In this document: positions 58,118 to 64,000 of the stretch, piece by piece
Layout of the letters: the number at the start of each line of letters is the position of its first letter
Numbering within the stretch: position 1 is the first letter of the stretch
Assembly (NCBI RefSeq): GCF_006345805.1
Contig: NC_043009.1
Location: 5,580,001-5,644,000 of the forward strand
DNA length: 64,000 nt
Source: Octopus sinensis
Taxonomy: Eukaryota
Direction: 5' to 3'
Translations under genes and position numbers: made by a program
The notes under the pieces: generated by a model
Told to the model about the DNA's origin: nothing
The model's input: only the letters and a program-made list of their open reading frames with translations
Databases searched by the model: none

Positions 58118-59211
58118 ATGTGTGTGTGTGTGTGCGTGTGCGTGTGTGTGTGTGTGTGTTTGTGTATTTCTGTATGTTTGTGTACATGGTAAATTATATC
58201 CATAATTTACATATATATATATATATGTGTCGCCGACATGTTACTGATAGAAAGTATGTACGCTTATTTTACTCTACCAAATAGTATTAGATATATATCA
58301 AACAATTGAAAATCAGCCACGCACACGCACACACATATATAGATAGATAGATAGATACATATATATATATAGTTAGATAGATAGATAGATAGAAAGATAC
58401 ATATATATACATAGATAGATACATATATATAGATAGATACATATATATAGTTAGATAGATAGATAGATAGATAGATACATACATACATACATACATACAT
58501 TCATACATATATACATACATGTATTTGCAATATATGCATGTATATAAGTTGGTGTGTGTGCGTGGGTGCGTGCGTGCGTGTGTGTGTGTAACACTGAACT
58601 CTTGTCTTGACGTATTTATGTAGAACTGAATTTCTATTGGACAAAATTGGAAAATAGGTTAAAACAAAAGAATCGTTACAATAAGAAAACAGCAAATAAA
58701 ATATAATGAATGAAGGAGTACACCGCTAGACGCTACTCACACATACACACACATACTGATACACACGCTCACACGCACTCACACACATTTACACCCACAA
58801 ATATGCACACATACTCACACATACGCACAGAGAAACTTTTTAAAGAAATAAACGTGTTGCATGAAATATTTATTTCCTCTCATTATTTATATATATATTT
58901 TTTTTTATTCTTCACTTTCATTCTAGAACTCACTTTCACTTTCGCTTCCCTCCCCCTCTTTCTCTCTGCTCCTCTTTCTCTCCTTTCTCTCTCTCTCTCC
59001 CTCTCTCTCTCTCCCTCTCTCTCTCTCTCCCTCTCTCTCTTGGTTTATATTAATTCATTTTAAACGTGAATTCTTGGAAATAATCTTCCGACTTAATCTT
59101 TAAAGAAATTAAAGATTTCATATCTGACAAAAGGAATTACATTGTCCACAAATTTAGGTACATTTTATTGATATGTTATTAATTATCTTTAGTTTTTTTT
59201 TTCACTTTTCT

Positions 59212-60650
<1,439 letters not shown>

Positions 60651-60971
60651 AATTATTTTTATAGTGTTCACAAAACTGTTCTACACGCAACTCATTTAGT
60701 AATCTCATTAGGAAAATATGAAACTTGAGGAGATTTTCGAATATTGTTGTTTTATCGAAGACAAACAACGAAAACATAAACAAAAAATAGATAAAGAAAG
60801 AAAGGAAAAAGATAATGGAAAATGTTAATTGGAATTTAATATAAGATTATATCTGTTTGGGAAGACAGAAAAGAAGTTTAACAACAACAACAACAAGACT
60901 ATGATGACGATGACGACAAAAGAAACGTCTACTACGACAATCACTATGCTTATTACCGCCACCACTACTAT

Positions 60972-61067
<96 letters not shown>

Positions 61068-61068
<1 letters not shown>

Positions 61069-62462
61069 TTACAGTTTCAATATTGTTAACTGGTCAATTA
61101 CCGAAATATGTCAGCTCGACAGAAAAATAAGGAAACTGTTGACAATGCATAGAATGCACCACCCTAAGGCAGATACAGAACGACTCTATCTGCCAAGAAA
61201 AGAGGGAGGCCGTGGCCTTTTGCAACTGGCAATAACAATGAAGATTGCTACAATTGGCCTAGACACCTACCTGAAAAACTCTGAGGACTGGATGTTAAAA
61301 CTTGTCTCAAAACATGAAAACAAGAAAGCATCATACGCAGTCACAAAACAGGCAAAGGAATATCTAAGTGAATTTCGAATACAACAAATTTCGGAATTAG
61401 AGATAGACATACAAGCAACAAGCACAGAAAAAGCTAGGCGCATGAAAACCCGTGCCAAAACTGCGGCCTTAGATATTCTGAATAATAAATGGCAAGAAAA
61501 ACCTCTCTATGGCAAATTCCCAAAGAGAGCGAATAATGCAGATATCGACAAAGCCCTAACCCATCAATGGCTAATGGCCTCTGGCTTAAAATCTGAAACA
61601 GAGGGGTTTATCATAGTAGCTCAAGATCAATGCCTACCAACAAGAAACTACCAGGCCAACATATTAAAGAACGGCAGGAGCCCAACATGTGTATGCCGAC
61701 AACAAAATGAAACCATTGATCATGTTGTCTCCAAATGCAGTCTTCTAGTGCCTACAGAGTACCTCAGTAGGCATGATAGAGCTGTACAATATAATCACTG
61801 GGTAATTTGCAAAAACCTGGATTTGCCCCATGAAAATAACTGGTGGGAACACAATCCACCTCCAGTGCTTGAAAATGACCACATCTCACTCCTCTGGAAC
61901 TTCACCATTCAAACTGACAGGAAGATAGATGCAAATAGGCCAGACATCATATTGAAAGACTTCAGACAAAGAACATGCCTCCTCATTGATATAACTGTCC
62001 CAATCGATATAAACGTATCGGTCAAGACCTACCAAAAACTGAGCAAGTATAAAGATCTTGAAATAGAAATCAGCAAAATGTGGAAGCTGAAGACTAAAAC
62101 AATACCCGTTGTCATAGGTGCCCTGGGAATGATAGCGAAAGAGACTGATTGCTACCTAACTCAGATACCAGGAAACCTCAAAATGGCAGAAATTCAAAAG
62201 ATAGTGCTCATGGGAACTGCTCATATCCTACGCAAAATACTCTCTATGTAATCCCAAGGTTTAAAACAAACTTTTTTTATTTTATTTTTTATTTATTTAT
62301 TTATTTATTTATTTTTATGTATTAGACATTCACTAGTACAACACAAAAAAACCCCCAAATATATGGCACAGAACTTCCAACCTGTTGTCTCTTGAGGTCT
62401 CTGGGTGAGACTTGGAGCCAACTTAAAGCAAAAGACATAAAGCAAAAGTCAAACATAGAATA
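61068..62462 (+). mobile_element. Second R4/Dong-clade element (different family), heavily 5'-truncated, inserted in (TAA)n
   Basis: Starts right after (TAC)n(TAA)n; ORF collinear with the C-terminal half of 30759-32912; ~210-nt 3' UTR ends in TAATAAT. Confidence 0.92.
61070..62251 (+). CDS. RT thumb/linker + zinc knuckle + RLE fragment (393 aa)
   Basis: YSFNIVNW, HHPKADTERLYLPRKEGGRGL, GLKSETEGFI, ETIDHVVSKC, RHD, RPDIIL...LIDITVP, KLSKY; knuckle reads CVC instead of CxxC (one codon lost). Confidence 0.88.
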   Translation, partial: YSFNIVNWSITEICQLDRKIRKLLTMHRMHHPKADTERLYLPRKEGGRGLLQLAITMKIATIGLDTYLKNSEDWMLKLVSKHENKKASYAVTKQAKEYLSEFRIQQISELEIDIQATSTEKARRMKTRAKTAALDILNNKWQEKPLYGKFPKRANNADIDKALTHQWLMASGLKSETEGFIIVAQDQCLPTRNYQANILKNGRSPTCVCRQQNETIDHVVSKCSLLVPTEYLSRHDRAVQYNHWVICKNLDLPHENNWWEHNPPPVLENDHISLLWNFTIQTDRKIDANRPDIILKDFRQRTCLLIDITVPIDINVSVKTYQKLSKYKDLEIEISKMWKLKTKTIPVVIGALGMIAKETDCYLTQIPGNLKMAEIQKIVLMGTAHILRKILSM

Positions 62463-62479
62463 GTAATAATAAATAATGT

Positions 62480-62606
62480 TGCCCACATATGGTTGTGATG
62501 CATGTGCCTAGTGTACCCTAATCAGACTGGTAGTGATGATGGGTATACTGGACTTCGTATATTTTACCCTGGTGTCACTTTGATGGCATGCACTGTTCTC
62601 TCACTT
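62480..62606 (+). mobile_element. Probable 3'-UTR-only fragment of a third (TAA)-targeting element
   Basis: Non-repetitive island between TAA tracts, long stem CTAGTGTACCC/GGGTATACTGG, runs directly into (TAA)n. Confidence 0.45.
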
Positions 62607-62640
62607 AATAATAATAATAGTAATAATAATGATGATGATG

Positions 62641-62706
<66 letters not shown>

Positions 62707-63600
62707 TTAAAATAGCCTTACTGGAGAGAATGCTGACGAACATGAAGATTTTGTTGTTGCTTTTGTGAAGATAATGATGATGATGATGATGTTGAAAGTG
62801 GTTTGTGGATATAGCGATAGTGGGGTTTGTAGTGAAGGTAATGGTGATAGTCCAGATCGTCTTCGTATGGGTGGTATTAGTGGATACCAACATGTGACTA
62901 GACTCATCCAAGCTCAGATACTAAAATTTCGTTCTCTTTAATAAAAGATATGAACACCTATTCTTCGAAAAACGTTTTACATCTCTTCGGCCGTTACACA
63001 CATATTTTTCGCTATGTATACTACAGCATAACGCTATTTGTTCAAAATGTGCTTGAACTGCCTCTGATTAACTTTTTCCTGCTCTTCTACACGTAAAGAT
63101 AACAATAGTGTGGTTTCAAGACTTTTATTCCTTCTGAAATTCTTAACTTCACGATACGTTCCGAACAGAGCGTCTTAAAAACACATCCGCATGCCGACAT
63201 ATATAATGTTATCTATGAAGAAGTAAATATTAGTCAATTCTCAGTTGTGATTTCATTCGATAAACTCGTCTGGTGATGAGGGATATCAGTTCGTGATATA
63301 TGTACCTCATCCAAGACTGCGTTGATGTCATCTCTGACATCATTCTTGCCAAATCTATTTCTTTTTAAATCTTCAACAAAATTGGCAATGGTTGACTTTT
63401 CCCTTCACTAGGTTCATCGATTGTTCTCTGCTCATGATATTCTTCTAATGGCGTTGTAAGGACCAGAATGGCGCTTTTTTGATGAGACGTTTCTCCTACA
63501 ATTTTTCATTTTGGAACGCTCCCTTTGACTTTGGGGAAGGCACCTCTAACCAAATCATCACAAATAACATAATTTATTTTTTTTGTTATTCGCACGATAT

Positions 63601-63815
63601 TCTTTCACTTGTTTCAGTCATTTAACTGCAGCCATGCTGGAGCACCAACTTAAGGGGTTTTAGTCGAAGAAATCAACCCCAGAACTTATTATTTGTAAGC
63701 CTAGTTCTTATTCAATCGGAATCGTTTGACGAACCGCTAAGATATGTGGACGTTAACACACCGACATCGATTGTCAAGCGATGTTGGGGTGGCAAAAACA
63801 GACACAAGCACACAA
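63601..63815 (-). mobile_element. SINE family A 3' half
   Basis: Reverse complement of 2335-2530 (CTTGTTTCAGTCATTT...GCTGGAGCACC...TGTCAAGCGATGT). Confidence 0.85.
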
Positions 63816-63889
63816 ATACGCACATACATGCATGACTATATACACACACACACATATTTATATATATATATATATATATACAGTGTGTT

Positions 63890-63928
<39 letters not shown>

Positions 63929-64000
63929 ATATTATTTTGGCTTTTATGTATCTATAGAATTTATTTTTCCATGTCCGTATAGAGTTGGTTTGGTTTTTTA

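Noticed and set aside
63268-63320. GTCTGGTGATGAGGGATATC, resembling the 5' half of the 57620 hammerhead
   Set aside because: No GAAA or stem III follows; likely chance similarity.

Overview
AT-rich, repeat-dominated eukaryotic DNA. The SINE families, (TA)n/(TAA)n density and Dong-R4/RTE/Penelope content point to an octopus (coleoid cephalopod) genome; this is an inference from repeat content. Almost every ORF in the supplied track is a microsatellite translation artefact. Coding remnants that can be supported: two 5'-truncated R4/Dong-type (RT + CCHC + restriction-like endonuclease) retrotransposons inserted in (TAA)n tracts, two RTE-type LINE fragments (one with three C-terminal C2H2 fingers), and decayed mariner and Chapaev-3 transposases. 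Also present are Tigger-like MITEs and three tRNA-derived SINE families. Most notable observations: (1) small non-coding fold-back elements carrying outward-facing minimal type-I hammerhead ribozymes of the Penelope-like kind (56.6-58.1 kb, also 39.3 kb), with further degenerate hammerhead motifs elsewhere; (2) a 225-bp solo-LTR-like insertion with a perfect 5-bp TSD that contains two internal 'LTR end + tRNA-Ser PBS' units; (3) a covarying UGGGU stem-loop shared by the 3' UTRs of two divergent Dong families; (4) phase-compatible micro/small exons on the + strand suggesting an unannotated host gene; (5) repeated local duplications or captures at (TA)n tracts. No CRISPR array, rRNA or functional tRNA gene was seen.
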